This document shows, in pieces, positions 7,609 through 16,920 of a stretch of 28,548 nucleotides of DNA; within the stretch, counting starts at the first letter, position 1; each line of letters starts with the position of its first letter. The notes under the pieces were generated by a model. The model saw nothing but the letters and a program-made list of their open reading frames with translations, was not told where the DNA came from and did not search any database. The position numbers and the translations under genes are program-made. The stretch is from positions 13,408 to 41,955 of the forward strand of contig CAZGAI010000001.1 of the NCBI GenBank assembly GCA_964523175.1, read 5' to 3'. Origin of the DNA: an uncultured Victivallales bacterium. Its GTDB lineage: Bacteria; Verrucomicrobiota; Lentisphaeria; Victivallales; GWF2-38-69.

Positions 7609-8817
7609 ATGATGAAAAAGATAGTAGTAGCATACTCAGGGGGGCTTGATACTTCCGTTATTGTAAAGTGGGTCAAGGAAAAATATAATGCCGAAGTTAT
7701 TGGTTTTTGTGCAGATTTAGGACAGGGTGATGAATTAGACGGTATTGAAGAAAAGGCAATTCAAACTGGTGCCAGCAAATGCTATGTTGAAGATTTGCGA
7801 GAAGAGTTTGTCCGAGATTTTATTTTTCCTATGGCTAAAGCCAATGCTGTATACGAAGGAACTTATCTGTTGGGTACGGCTATTGCACGACCGTTAATTG
7901 CTAAAAGGTTAATTGAAATTGCCCGTGCTGAAGGTGCAGAAGCAATCTGCCATGGAGCGACTGGAAAAGGAAATGACCAGGTAAGATTTGAATTAACAGC
8001 ATACGCAATGGAGCCAAACATACAGGTAATTGCACCATGGAGAGAATGGGAGTTTAAAGGAAGAACAGACCTTCTTGCTTATGCACAAAAACATAATATA
8101 CCTGTTTCCAGTACCCATGAGAAACCCTATAGTATGGATAGAAATCTTCTTCATATCAGTTTTGAAGGTGGAATCCTGGAAGACCCATGGGTTGAAGCAC
8201 CGGATACTCTTGGGCAGTTGACCACTCCTCTTGGAGATACACCTGATGCCCCTGAATACGTAGAAATTTCATATACAGAAGGCATTCCTACTAAAATAGA
8301 CGGCAAAGAATCAAGTCCGGCAGAATTATTATACAAACTGAATCTGATCGGTGGGAAACACGGTATTGGAAAAATTGATATGGTTGAAAACCGTTATGCA
8401 GGAATGAAATCCCGTGGTATATATGAAACTCCTGGCGGCACTCTTCTGTATATGGCTCATAGAGGACTTGAAGGAATTACTATGGATAGAGAGGTTATGC
8501 ACTTACGTGACAGCTGGGTTTCAAAATATTCTGAACTTGTTTATAACGGGTTTTGGTATGCTCCTGAAAGAGAGATGCTGCAGGTAGCAATAGATAAAAG
8601 TCAGGAATATGTTACAGGTGATGTCAGGCTTAAACTGTTTAAGGGTACTGCCCGTGTTGCAGGAAGAAGGTCTCAATATAGTTTATATGATCCTGAAATT
8701 GCTACATTCGAGGCAGATAATGTTTATAACCAGGCTGATGCTGAAGGTTTTATAAAACTAAATGCTTTACGTTTAAGGGTTCTGGCAAACAGCAAACAAA
8801 GAAGAAAATATTTTTGA
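7609..8817 (+). CDS. argG: Argininosuccinate synthase
   Basis: [72 protein letters not shown]. Confidence 0.98.
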   Translation: MMKKIVVAYSGGLDTSVIVKWVKEKYNAEVIGFCADLGQGDELDGIEEKAIQTGASKCYVEDLREEFVRDFIFPMAKANAVYEGTYLLGTAIARPLIAKRLIEIARAEGAEAICHGATGKGNDQVRFELTAYAMEPNIQVIAPWREWEFKGRTDLLAYAQKHNIPVSSTHEKPYSMDRNLLHISFEGGILEDPWVEAPDTLGQLTTPLGDTPDAPEYVEISYTEGIPTKIDGKESSPAELLYKLNLIGGKHGIGKIDMVENRYAGMKSRGIYETPGGTLLYMAHRGLEGITMDREVMHLRDSWVSKYSELVYNGFWYAPEREMLQVAIDKSQEYVTGDVRLKLFKGTARVAGRRSQYSLYDPEIATFEADNVYNQADAEGFIKLNALRLRVLANSKQRRKYF

Positions 8818-8850
8818 CTTCCTGCTTTTACTAATCTTAATGTGTTAAAT

Positions 8851-8888
8851 AAAGGCCTATCAGTTTTTAAAAATTGATAGGCCTTTTT
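8851..8888 (+). terminator. Rho-independent terminator after argG
   Basis: AAAGGCCTATCA (8851-8862) and TGATAGGCCTTT (8875-8886) form a perfect 12-bp stem ending in a T run. Confidence 0.85.
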
Positions 8889-9058
8889 AAAATAAAATTA
8901 AGAAGTCAATAAACTGCAATATTTAAAAATGTTTTTCAAAAACTGAAAAAGCTGTTTCAATATTTTAAATTTCAGATATAATTAAAAAATAACCTCTTAG
9001 GTTTCAGCTTGTTTTTAATAGATCTAAGTATATAACACAAACGGGAAAGGGAAGCGCT

Positions 9059-10288
9059 ATGAAAAGGGCAGTTATTTTATTGACGGACTCATTTGGTGTA
9101 GGTTGTTCAGAAGACGCAGATGTGTACGGGGATGTAGGTTCGGATACTCTTGGGCACATTGTTGATGATTGTGCGGCAGGAAAAACTGATGGCTCTGGAC
9201 TCAGAAAAGGTCCTTTGCAATTGCCTAATCTTGCTCGTTACGGACTCCAGAAGGCTGCTGAAGAAAGCAGAAAAGCTCCGTTATCTCATTCATTAGGTTA
9301 TGATGGAGAGATACAAGGTGCGTATGGGTATGGAATTGAACAGAGTAAAGGTAAGGATACTCCTAGTGGACACTGGGAGATAGCAGGTGTACCCGTAATG
9401 TTTGATTGGGGTTTTTTCCCAAAGACTATTCCATGTTTTCCTCAGGAACTTGTTGATGATTTTATTAAAGCGACAGGTGTTCCAGGTGTTCTGGGAAACA
9501 AGCATTCTTCTGGAACCATTATACTGGATGAACTCGGTGAAGAGCATATTAAAACAGGGAAACCAATAATTTATACCTCTGCTGACAGTGTATTTCAAAT
9601 TGCTGCCCATGAAGGACATTTTGGACTGGAAAGGTTAAATGAAATTGGCGATATAGCGCGTAAGATTGTTGACAAGTATAATATTGGCAGAGTCATATTA
9701 AGGCCATTTTTAGGTGAAAAACCTGGGGAATTTGCACGTACTGGAAACAGGCATGATATATCTGTACCTCCCCCGGCGCCGACCTTGTTGGATTTTCTAA
9801 AAGAATCAGGCGGTAATGTTGTTTCAATAGGTAAGATAGCTGATATTTATGCTAATTGCGGAATTACTAAAAAAGTGAAAAATCCAGGACTTGAAAACCT
9901 GTTTGATTCAACTCTTGCAGAGTTAAATCAAGCTGGAGATCAGACTCTAATATTCACCAATTTTGTAGATTTTGATGAAAAATATGGTCATAGAAGAGAT
10001 GTTGCAGGCTATGCCTGGGCTCTGGAATATTTTGACAAACGTCTTCCTGAGCTTGAAGCACTGCTGCAACCTGGAGATTTAATAATTGTAGCTGCAGATC
10101 ACGGCTGTGATCCGACCTGGGAAGGTACAGATCATACTAGAGAACATATTCCAATATTAATGTTTGGCCCTGGAATCAAACCTGTTAATTTGGGAGGGCG
10201 CTCTACTTTTTCAGATATTGGTCAAACTTTAGCTGCACATTTTGGTTTGAAGCCATTGAGTAATGGAGAGGTATGTCCAGTTTTATAA
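9059..10288 (+). CDS. deoB: Phosphopentomutase
   Basis: R..I...[89 protein letters not shown]. Confidence 0.97.
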   Translation: MKRAVILLTDSFGVGCSEDADVYGDVGSDTLGHIVDDCAAGKTDGSGLRKGPLQLPNLARYGLQKAAEESRKAPLSHSLGYDGEIQGAYGYGIEQSKGKDTPSGHWEIAGVPVMFDWGFFPKTIPCFPQELVDDFIKATGVPGVLGNKHSSGTIILDELGEEHIKTGKPIIYTSADSVFQIAAHEGHFGLERLNEIGDIARKIVDKYNIGRVILRPFLGEKPGEFARTGNRHDISVPPPAPTLLDFLKESGGNVVSIGKIADIYANCGITKKVKNPGLENLFDSTLAELNQAGDQTLIFTNFVDFDEKYGHRRDVAGYAWALEYFDKRLPELEALLQPGDLIIVAADHGCDPTWEGTDHTREHIPILMFGPGIKPVNLGGRSTFSDIGQTLAAHFGLKPLSNGEVCPVL

Positions 10289-10321
10289 GTATTATCGTAT
10301 AACTGAGGGCCCGTTATATTA

Positions 10322-10373
10322 GGGTCTGTATCAAAGTCTATTTTCTCGATTGCAGATCTTTTGATACAGGCCC
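10322..10373. repeat. Intergenic inverted repeat of about 52 bp (terminator or MITE-like scar)
   Basis: GGGTCTGTATCAAA (10322-10335) vs TTTGATACAGGCCC (10360-10373): 13 of 14 complementary, plus one G-T pair. Confidence 0.75.
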
Positions 10374-10429
10374 GTTTTAATGTCAGTCACTGTTAAATCT
10401 GTTGCAGATCAACTGAATTAGGAGAAGCA

Positions 10430-11077
10430 ATGTTTTTTTTGAGGAAAAATCAGGAGTTAATTGATCAGCTGGAAGATTTTTTTGATATGATTCAGGTTAC
10501 TCTTGCTAAAACACTAACAGCAGTTAAGTATGTAACAGAAAATGGTATCGATAATCATTTTGAAGTTATGACTGAAGAAATTAATGAGTCAGAGCGTGAT
10601 GCTGACGATATTCGAAAGACAATCGAGCATAAAATGTTCCTACAGTCGCTTCTTCCTGAAACCAGAGAGGATTTGTTGGAAATTGTTGAAGAGATGGATA
10701 ATATTCCTGATGCCTGTGAAAGAGCTGTTTATATTATCGCTGATCAGCAAACAGTTCCTATTGATGAGATAAGCGGTGATATTATTGAATTAGTCAAAAT
10801 TGGAATAGAATGTTATAAATACACTTTGGATGCAGTACACGACTTTTTGGGAAAAATGAAAAATATTCAAACGGTTTTTCAGAAGGTAAATGACTATGAA
10901 CATATAGGAGACAAACTTGAAAGAGTTATGATTAAAAAAATCTTTTCCAATAAATCTTTAAGTGCGGGTGAAAAATTTCTTCAAAAAGAACTTGTAAAAG
11001 AAATAGGTAACATTACGAATAGATCACAGCACTCTGCCCAGAAAATAATTATGGCTTCTATAAAGAGAAAAATTTAA
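10430..11077 (+). CDS. DUF47 family (PhoU-like) phosphate transport regulator / Pit accessory protein
   Basis: Helical protein with E.DADDIR..IE..MF...LLP..REDLL...E.MD.I.D and E..GD.LE motifs. AGGAG RBS at 10420-10424. Directly upstream of pit. Confidence 0.88.
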   Translation: MFFLRKNQELIDQLEDFFDMIQVTLAKTLTAVKYVTENGIDNHFEVMTEEINESERDADDIRKTIEHKMFLQSLLPETREDLLEIVEEMDNIPDACERAVYIIADQQTVPIDEISGDIIELVKIGIECYKYTLDAVHDFLGKMKNIQTVFQKVNDYEHIGDKLERVMIKKIFSNKSLSAGEKFLQKELVKEIGNITNRSQHSAQKIIMASIKRKI

Positions 11078-11096
11078 ATAAAAAGTTTTGGTGAGC

Positions 11097-12206
11097 ATGT
11101 TTGGTTTTAGTAATTTAATTTATTATGTCGGGGCTTTGTTTCTGGGGTGGGGATTGGGAGCTAACGATTCAGCCAATATCTTCGGCACAGCAGTAAGCTC
11201 AAAGATGGTCAAGTTTAGAGTTGCAGCGCTTTGTACTGCTGCTTTTGTTATTATTGGTGCTGTACTCCAGGGACGAAACGGTATAGAAACTTTAGCTTAT
11301 TCATTGACCTCAAACCACAACTCAAAAGAAATACAAAAACCTTCATATTCAGAAAAAAATAATGATGTTGCAATTTATAGAAAAAAACGTCATATTCAGC
11401 AAAATACCAACAACGAAAACGGACATCAAGCTAAATCAATCATTAGAGAGATCAAAAAAGATGAACTTCTTAAAGAAGCAATGATTATGTCGCTTGCAGC
11501 GGCGATAACTGTTTTCTTTATGACCCTTCGAAAACTTCCTGTTTCCACCTCTCAGGCTATTGTAGGAGCAATTATCGGCTTAGGCATTGTTAAAAATGAT
11601 GTAAATGTACAGGGGCTTGAAAAAGTTATTTTATGCTGGATTGGGACTCCGGTTGGAGGCATGCTTTTTACTCTGATTTTTTATTTTATTTTTAAAAGAA
11701 TATTCAATTTATGGAAACTTTCAGTTTTGCATTATGATTATGTAATGCGAACTCTCCTGATACTGGCTGGATGTTATGGAGCTTATGCTCTTGGGGCAAA
11801 TAATGTTGCCAACGTGACTGCAGTTTTTGTTACTTCCGGAACGCTAACTGTAAGTCAGGCAGCCTGGTTTGGGGGAATAGCTATTGCCTTCGGTGTTTTT
11901 ACGTACAGTAAGCCGGTTATGGAAACCGTTGGTTGTGGAATTGTTAAATTAGATGCATTTATGGCATTTATTACTGTTCTCTCCCTGTCTGTAACGGTGT
12001 ATATCTATGCGTTAATCGGCGTACCTGTATCTACTACGCAGGCAATTGTTGGCGCGGTTTTCGGAATTAGTATAATTAAAGGGAAGCAAACGGTTAATTT
12101 TGGTACACTCAGAAAAATAGGTCTAGCCTGGATAATGACACCGATAATTGGGGGAGTGTTAGGAGGGGTAGGGTATTTTATTTCTAATTTATATTACATA
12201 AAGTAA
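11097..12206 (+). CDS. pit: PiT (PHO4) family inorganic phosphate transporter, about 369 aa
   Basis: GANDSANIFGTAV, LPVSTSQAIVGAIIG, second repeat GANNVAN and GVPVSTTQAIVGAVFG, W..TP. ATG at 11097 preferred over the TTG at 11088. Confidence 0.92.
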   Translation: MFGFSNLIYYVGALFLGWGLGANDSANIFGTAVSSKMVKFRVAALCTAAFVIIGAVLQGRNGIETLAYSLTSNHNSKEIQKPSYSEKNNDVAIYRKKRHIQQNTNNENGHQAKSIIREIKKDELLKEAMIMSLAAAITVFFMTLRKLPVSTSQAIVGAIIGLGIVKNDVNVQGLEKVILCWIGTPVGGMLFTLIFYFIFKRIFNLWKLSVLHYDYVMRTLLILAGCYGAYALGANNVANVTAVFVTSGTLTVSQAAWFGGIAIAFGVFTYSKPVMETVGCGIVKLDAFMAFITVLSLSVTVYIYALIGVPVSTTQAIVGAVFGISIIKGKQTVNFGTLRKIGLAWIMTPIIGGVLGGVGYFISNLYYIK

Positions 12207-12248
12207 ATTAGAAACTTTTATCCATATTGAATGCCTGAGTGAGACATG

Positions 12249-12707
12249 CTAATATACGGTTTTTTCCTTAATCATTGATATTTTATATTTACTGATAAAG
12301 ATATTGAAACCGTCTTCAGTTAAAAATTCAATAAATTTATCTTTAGAATTTATAAAATCTGAAACTCTGTCTACAAGAGAGTTGGACGAAATATTGACCT
12401 TAAGTCTAGTATTATTTGAAAGTGTGAGTGTTATTGTTTTACCAGCTTTTGCTGAAGATTTTTGAGTTTCTTTAATGTAAATGATATTATATATATTCAT
12501 CAATTCAAAAGTATTATTGTTTTTATGAATAACAGGTAAAAATAGTCTATTTTCAAATTCTAAATACTCAATTACCGTCTCAGGTATTCCTGATTTTTTT
12601 TTAATTCCTAAAAATAAAGTATAATCATTGTTTATCTGAGTGTTTCCAGTTAATATTTTTACATCAAGTTTGAATTTAGGTACATATTTACTGCTTTGTT
12701 CGTTCAT
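12249..12707 (-). CDS. Hypothetical protein, about 152 aa, apparently two tandem small beta-rich domains (DUF6812-like by recollection)
   Basis: GGAG precedes the ATG at 12707. Two halves end in ...FLPV..N..NIIYIKE and ...RVSDFIN..KFIEF..ISKYKISMIKE. Very AT-rich (18% and 27% GC in two 60-nt lines counted by hand). Confidence 0.65.
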   Translation of the reverse strand: MNEQSSKYVPKFKLDVKILTGNTQINNDYTLFLGIKKKSGIPETVIEYLEFENRLFLPVIHKNNNTFELMNIYNIIYIKETQKSSAKAGKTITLTLSNNTRLKVNISSNSLVDRVSDFINSKDKFIEFLTEDGFNIFISKYKISMIKEKTVY

Positions 12708-13023
12708 GCTCAATTCTCCCATCAGTACTTGGTGCTTTAATAAAATAGTATGTAACAGTAAACAGGCCGTTTTCGTACTAGATACAAAATTTTGCGTCTC
12801 TACTTTTGTATTCAACGACATGAAGTATACTGATTACTTACGAAAAATATTACCTCAAACTTCTTATTTAAAACAGGAAATTTATTATATCGATGTTTTT
12901 TTTAAATAAAGGGAACCTATAACTTAATGATAGGGTAGGCTGAGAAAAAATCAAGGTTTCATTTATTTAACTGCAAATTTAGACTAAATATTTTTTTGGA
13001 ATTCAAAATATTCTTATAATATA

Positions 13024-14289
13024 TCATTCTCCGAACAACTGATCAAGCGGGGATTCTTTCCCTGTTTCGATATCAATCATTACTGTATTATTATATGCCA
13101 AGTCAACAAGGGCATCAACATCAAGCCTTTTTTCACCGTTTAATATCATTTTTCTAGGTGCACCGGTACTGGGATTCGAAGGAGAAAAAACTGTGCAACT
13201 GTCAGGAAGCTGTTCTTTTGATATTTCAAATGTTCCAATTTTTTCAGCAATTCTCAGTATTTCAATTTTATCCATACCAATAAGAGGCCGTAGTACAAGC
13301 ATATCAATAGCATTATCAATATTGGCTAAGTTAACGACTGTCTGGCTTGCCACCTGACCGACTGACTCTCCTGTAACTAAAGCCTTATTTTCATTTTTGT
13401 AAGCAATACGTTCTGCAAGGCGAAACATAAAACGTCTATAAAAAATAGTTCTGAAAGTTTCATAAGTTTCAGCGCATATAGTTTTCTGAACTTCAAGTAA
13501 ATTACATGCAAACAGACGTCTGCTTCCCTGATATTTATTTAATATTCCAGCTAGGATCCTAGTTTTATCAACTGAGGCCTGTGGTGTAAAAGGATAACTG
13601 TGGAAAGTTATAAAATCGACGTAAACACCACGTTTCATCAGCATATAAGCAGCAACAGATGAATCAAAACCGCCTGAAAGAAGTGTTAAAACAGGAGGGT
13701 TGCTCCCGCTTGGCAGGCCCCCGGGTCCTTTGTGTTTATCAAAAAAGACAAATGTTTCATCTTTATGTATTTCGCAAAACACTGTTACATCTGCATTGTC
13801 TCCAAGATTAACACTAAAAGCATCGTTTTTGGTGTAAACCAGTTCAGCAAGATCAATTTCAATCTCTTTTGTGGTCAAGTTAAAATTTTTATTGACTCTT
13901 TTAACTCTTATACGGAAAGTCAGAGCCTTTGTTTTTTTGTCCAGTATAGCGTTATCAATAATTGGACTTGAGTTATCTTCAACAATTTTTCGTATTGAGT
14001 CAATTGTGGAAAATGTTTTAATTGCAAACGAAAAAGTATCTAACCCAAAAACAAATGTTAATGCCTTAGATATTGTTGTAATTTCTTCAGGTGTGAATAT
14101 TGAATAGTTGATATAGTGAATAACTATTCTGCCTCTTATTTTTTTTACTTTAAGATGGCTGAATTTATTGAGAAGGCGATTGATTCTATCGATCATTTTC
14201 TGCTCAAAACGCCAGCGATTATTTCCTTTCAGGGCTATTTCACTGTATCTACATAGAATAATATTATAATCAGGACGTGGTTTATTCAT
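13024..14289 (-). CDS. thiI: tRNA 4-thiouridine(8) synthase ThiI (NFLD + THUMP + PP-loop, no rhodanese domain)
   Basis: RYSEIALKG.NR..FE, THUMP region, GPGGLP.GS, LLSGGFDS.VAAY...KRG, RR.M.R.AE, TGESVGQVASQT, RPLIG.DK.EI, D.C. Confidence 0.95.
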   Translation of the reverse strand: MNKPRPDYNIILCRYSEIALKGNNRWRFEQKMIDRINRLLNKFSHLKVKKIRGRIVIHYINYSIFTPEEITTISKALTFVFGLDTFSFAIKTFSTIDSIRKIVEDNSSPIIDNAILDKKTKALTFRIRVKRVNKNFNLTTKEIEIDLAELVYTKNDAFSVNLGDNADVTVFCEIHKDETFVFFDKHKGPGGLPSGSNPPVLTLLSGGFDSSVAAYMLMKRGVYVDFITFHSYPFTPQASVDKTRILAGILNKYQGSRRLFACNLLEVQKTICAETYETFRTIFYRRFMFRLAERIAYKNENKALVTGESVGQVASQTVVNLANIDNAIDMLVLRPLIGMDKIEILRIAEKIGTFEISKEQLPDSCTVFSPSNPSTGAPRKMILNGEKRLDVDALVDLAYNNTVMIDIETGKESPLDQLFGE

Positions 14290-14613
14290 AATAATTTTCC
14301 GGTTAATTAAAATTTTATTAAAAAAAATATAAATATTATCATTAAGAGTATAGCTTTTTTAAATGTAATACAATATAATCGAAAAATAATGAAAGAATAA
14401 GTAAATTAATTATTAGTAATGAAAGTGGTCTGTATGACTTTTTCATATTCTAAATTATTTTCTTTTCTTTGGTAAATTAGAGTTTGTAAAACTTTAGGGA
14501 TACTAATAATGTTAGTATTAATAAACTATTCCGGATTTTAAGCAAAAACTACCTTGATCATTAATTTGTGCCTAATTATTTAAAAATGAATTAATCAACG
14601 AAAGGAGAATAGC

Positions 14614-16059
14614 GTGAAGTTGTTTAAATCAACTCTACTCACAGCGGGAATCGTAGTCGTTACTTTAATATCAGGTTGTGTGTCACATAAGCCGCCACCA
14701 ACAATAATCCATGCGGATAACTATACAGCTGAAACCTTAAAAGAACAGAGGTTAATTCCTCCGGCTAATAGAATTTTAGGGCTGAAAGAGGCAATAAGGA
14801 TTGCTTTAACAAACAACCCTACATACAAACAAAAGCATCTTGCTATTGTAACAGCATGGGCAGCTTTCTACACTCAACTAGCCGCTTATTCTCCAAATCT
14901 TACCGCTACTTTTGGTGGAGCACAGACTCAGTCTACTACAGGTGTAACCGGGTTTCCTGCAACTACAGGTCCAAACAACAACGCCTTCAATACTGTTGCA
15001 ACAACCTGGAGCGCTAATCTTAATGGAACATGGAATGTATTTAACGGCTTCCAGACAACAATGGGTGTGTTAGGATCCAGAGCTACTGCACTTAGCTCAG
15101 AAGAACTTGACAGAGACTATCGCAGAAACCTTGTTTTTATGGTAACTAAGGCATATAATGATATTCTGCTTGCCAGAGCGGAAATCCAGATTGACCTGTC
15201 TGATGAAGCATTTAATAAACAGCAGCTTAGAGATAGTCAGTTAAAATATAACGCAGGAGCCAGTTCGCTTTCTGAACTTCTTAACTTTAAAATTGGTATG
15301 GTGAATGCTCAGAATAAGGTTGTTACAGGAACAGCCTCGTATAAGATTTTCCGATATGTACTATCTGCATTAATGGGGCTTACAACAGCCGACCTACCCG
15401 AGGAAACACAGTTTCCACCAATAGAAGTTCCTGAAAGTGAAGAATATTCGCTAGCAGTAGACTTTTATCTTGATTTAGCAATAACGCAGAGACCGGACCT
15501 GAAAGCTGCCAGATTGGATCTAGACTCACTTAGGTATGCACTTTATTCATCCTGGGGTGCCTTTTCTCCCACGGTTGATCTAGCTATGAATTTTGGATAT
15601 GGAAGAGGCGGAGCCGCTAACGGTAACTGGGGTGGCAGCTCGGCAGTCGCACGAGGACAGGATATGCTCTACAACTACGGCTTTACTGGGAGTTGGGTGC
15701 TATGGGAAGGTGGATCACGTATTGCTGCAGTCCGCGGTGCTCAGGCTGCTCTCTATTCGCAGGAAGAACAGCTAGTAATAACATGGATTCAAGTTGTTCA
15801 GCAAGTTAGAACTGCTTATACAAGCTTATTAGCAAATGTAACTCATAGAAAGCTACTTGGAAAGGTTATGCAATATTCACAACAGCGTAGAGACCTTGTG
15901 AGAGAAGAATATAATGCAGGAAATACTGATATTACTAACCTGAACCAGGCGCAGAACCAGCTTGTAACAGCTGAATTGAGTCATGTTACATCAGTTATTA
16001 ATGTATCTAACTCCAGGGCAGCACTTGATGAAGCTTGCGGAACTAATGTTCTTAAATAA
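14614..16059 (+). CDS. TolC/OprM-family outer membrane efflux channel, predicted lipoprotein
   Basis: Signal peptide with lipobox (LISG/C22). Two OEP repeats: L.EAIRIAL.NNP..., W.VFNG; RPDL.AA, .W.LWEGG, Y.AG..DIT.L.QAQ. GTG start with AAGGAG RBS. Confidence 0.9.
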   Translation: MKLFKSTLLTAGIVVVTLISGCVSHKPPPTIIHADNYTAETLKEQRLIPPANRILGLKEAIRIALTNNPTYKQKHLAIVTAWAAFYTQLAAYSPNLTATFGGAQTQSTTGVTGFPATTGPNNNAFNTVATTWSANLNGTWNVFNGFQTTMGVLGSRATALSSEELDRDYRRNLVFMVTKAYNDILLARAEIQIDLSDEAFNKQQLRDSQLKYNAGASSLSELLNFKIGMVNAQNKVVTGTASYKIFRYVLSALMGLTTADLPEETQFPPIEVPESEEYSLAVDFYLDLAITQRPDLKAARLDLDSLRYALYSSWGAFSPTVDLAMNFGYGRGGAANGNWGGSSAVARGQDMLYNYGFTGSWVLWEGGSRIAAVRGAQAALYSQEEQLVITWIQVVQQVRTAYTSLLANVTHRKLLGKVMQYSQQRRDLVREEYNAGNTDITNLNQAQNQLVTAELSHVTSVINVSNSRAALDEACGTNVLK

Positions 16060-16081
16060 GCTCTACTAAATATTACTATAT

Positions 16082-16113
16082 AAAAAGGTTCGCTTACACT
16101 GCGAACCTTTTTT
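16082..16113 (+). terminator. Rho-independent (bidirectional-type) terminator after the TolC gene
   Basis: AAAAAGGTTCGC-TTACACT-GCGAACCTTTTTT: perfect stem flanked by A and T runs. Confidence 0.9.
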
Positions 16114-16186
16114 CTTATTGTTGCAGACAGTTAAATTGGTGGTGAGGCGAAGACTGGACTTCATAATTCTTTTGATTCTTCTTCAG

Positions 16187-16214
16187 TCATAAATCATAAA
16201 TCATAAATCATAAA
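16187..16214 (+). repeat. Heptamer tandem repeat (TCATAAA)x4
   Basis: Four exact copies ending 6 nt before the rsmE ATG. Confidence 0.95.
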
Positions 16215-16220
16215 TTCTCT

Positions 16221-16916
16221 ATGCGCTGTTTTTATTGTAATAAAATTAACACGAATTATGCAGATCTTTGTGAATCTGATACTAAGCACCTCTTTTCAGT
16301 TCTCAGAGCTAAAGAAAATTGCAGAATTCGCCTTATAGACGGAAAAGGCGGAGTGGCAGAAGGAGTTATTGAAAAAAATAGAACTATTTCAGTACGCTCA
16401 TTTAGGCAGGTTCGGGAACCACGAATAAAAGTTCATCTTTATGTCTCTCCTCCCAGAAAACAGAAAATGGACCAGCTACTATCACAGTGCACCGAAGCAG
16501 GTGTGTGGAAAATACATCCTTTGTTTACAGAAAACTCTGTAGCATTACCCAAAAAAGAAACAACAATTGATAGATGGCATTTGAAGCTTATTGAAGCCTG
16601 CAAACAGTCACATAATCCATTTATACCCGACATTTATCCTCCTATACCTTTTACTGAAGCTGTAAAAAATATTATAGAGTCGGGCATTGAAGGTTTTTTT
16701 GGCTCAACAAGCTTCACTAACAATAACAGTACATTTACTCCGCAACACTCCGAAGTTGCTTGGTTGGTTGGCCCTGAAGGGGGTTTTACTTCAAAAGAAA
16801 CCGAGTTAATGATTAACGCTGGATTTCATGGTTTTTCTATAGGTAGGTGGGTTATGAGGGTGGAAACAGCCGCTTTAGCTGGTATAATCCTGTTGCAGAA
16901 TACATTCTCTCCCTAG
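16221..16916 (+). CDS. rsmE: 16S rRNA m3U1498 methyltransferase RsmE
   Basis: HL..VLR, LIDG.G, MD.LL.QCTE.GV..I.P..TE.S, RW.....EAC.QS, LVGPEGGFT..E, IG..VMRVETAA (SPOUT knot). Confidence 0.95.
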   Translation: MRCFYCNKINTNYADLCESDTKHLFSVLRAKENCRIRLIDGKGGVAEGVIEKNRTISVRSFRQVREPRIKVHLYVSPPRKQKMDQLLSQCTEAGVWKIHPLFTENSVALPKKETTIDRWHLKLIEACKQSHNPFIPDIYPPIPFTEAVKNIIESGIEGFFGSTSFTNNNSTFTPQHSEVAWLVGPEGGFTSKETELMINAGFHGFSIGRWVMRVETAALAGIILLQNTFSP

Positions 16917-16920
16917 ATGT

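Noticed and set aside
1015-9619. Short ORFs 1015-1254, 1617-1955, 2849-3034, 3654-3914, 6684-6872, 6793-7176, 8030-8221, 8151-8336, 9293-9619
   Set aside because: They are antisense or out-of-frame shadows inside well-supported genes, with no motifs.
10380-10405. Pho box upstream of DUF47-pit (TGTCA / CTGTT half-sites)
   Set aside because: The half-sites are 9-10 bp apart rather than 11, and they match CTGTCAT poorly.
12162-12174. GGAGGGGTAGGGT resembling the repeat arm at the end of pit
   Set aside because: It is explained by Gly codons (GGVG) and has no CCCCTCC half.
12911-12946. TPP riboswitch near thiI (contains AACCT and CTGAGA)
   Set aside because: The motifs are in the wrong order, the region is downstream of and antisense to thiI, and the other conserved elements are missing.
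13024-14289. ThiI lacking the rhodanese domain as a novelty
   Set aside because: The short form is common outside gamma-proteobacteria.
16121-16192. 23-aa TTG-start ORF between the TolC terminator and rsmE
   Set aside because: No RBS, it runs into the heptamer repeat, and it has no recognisable motif.
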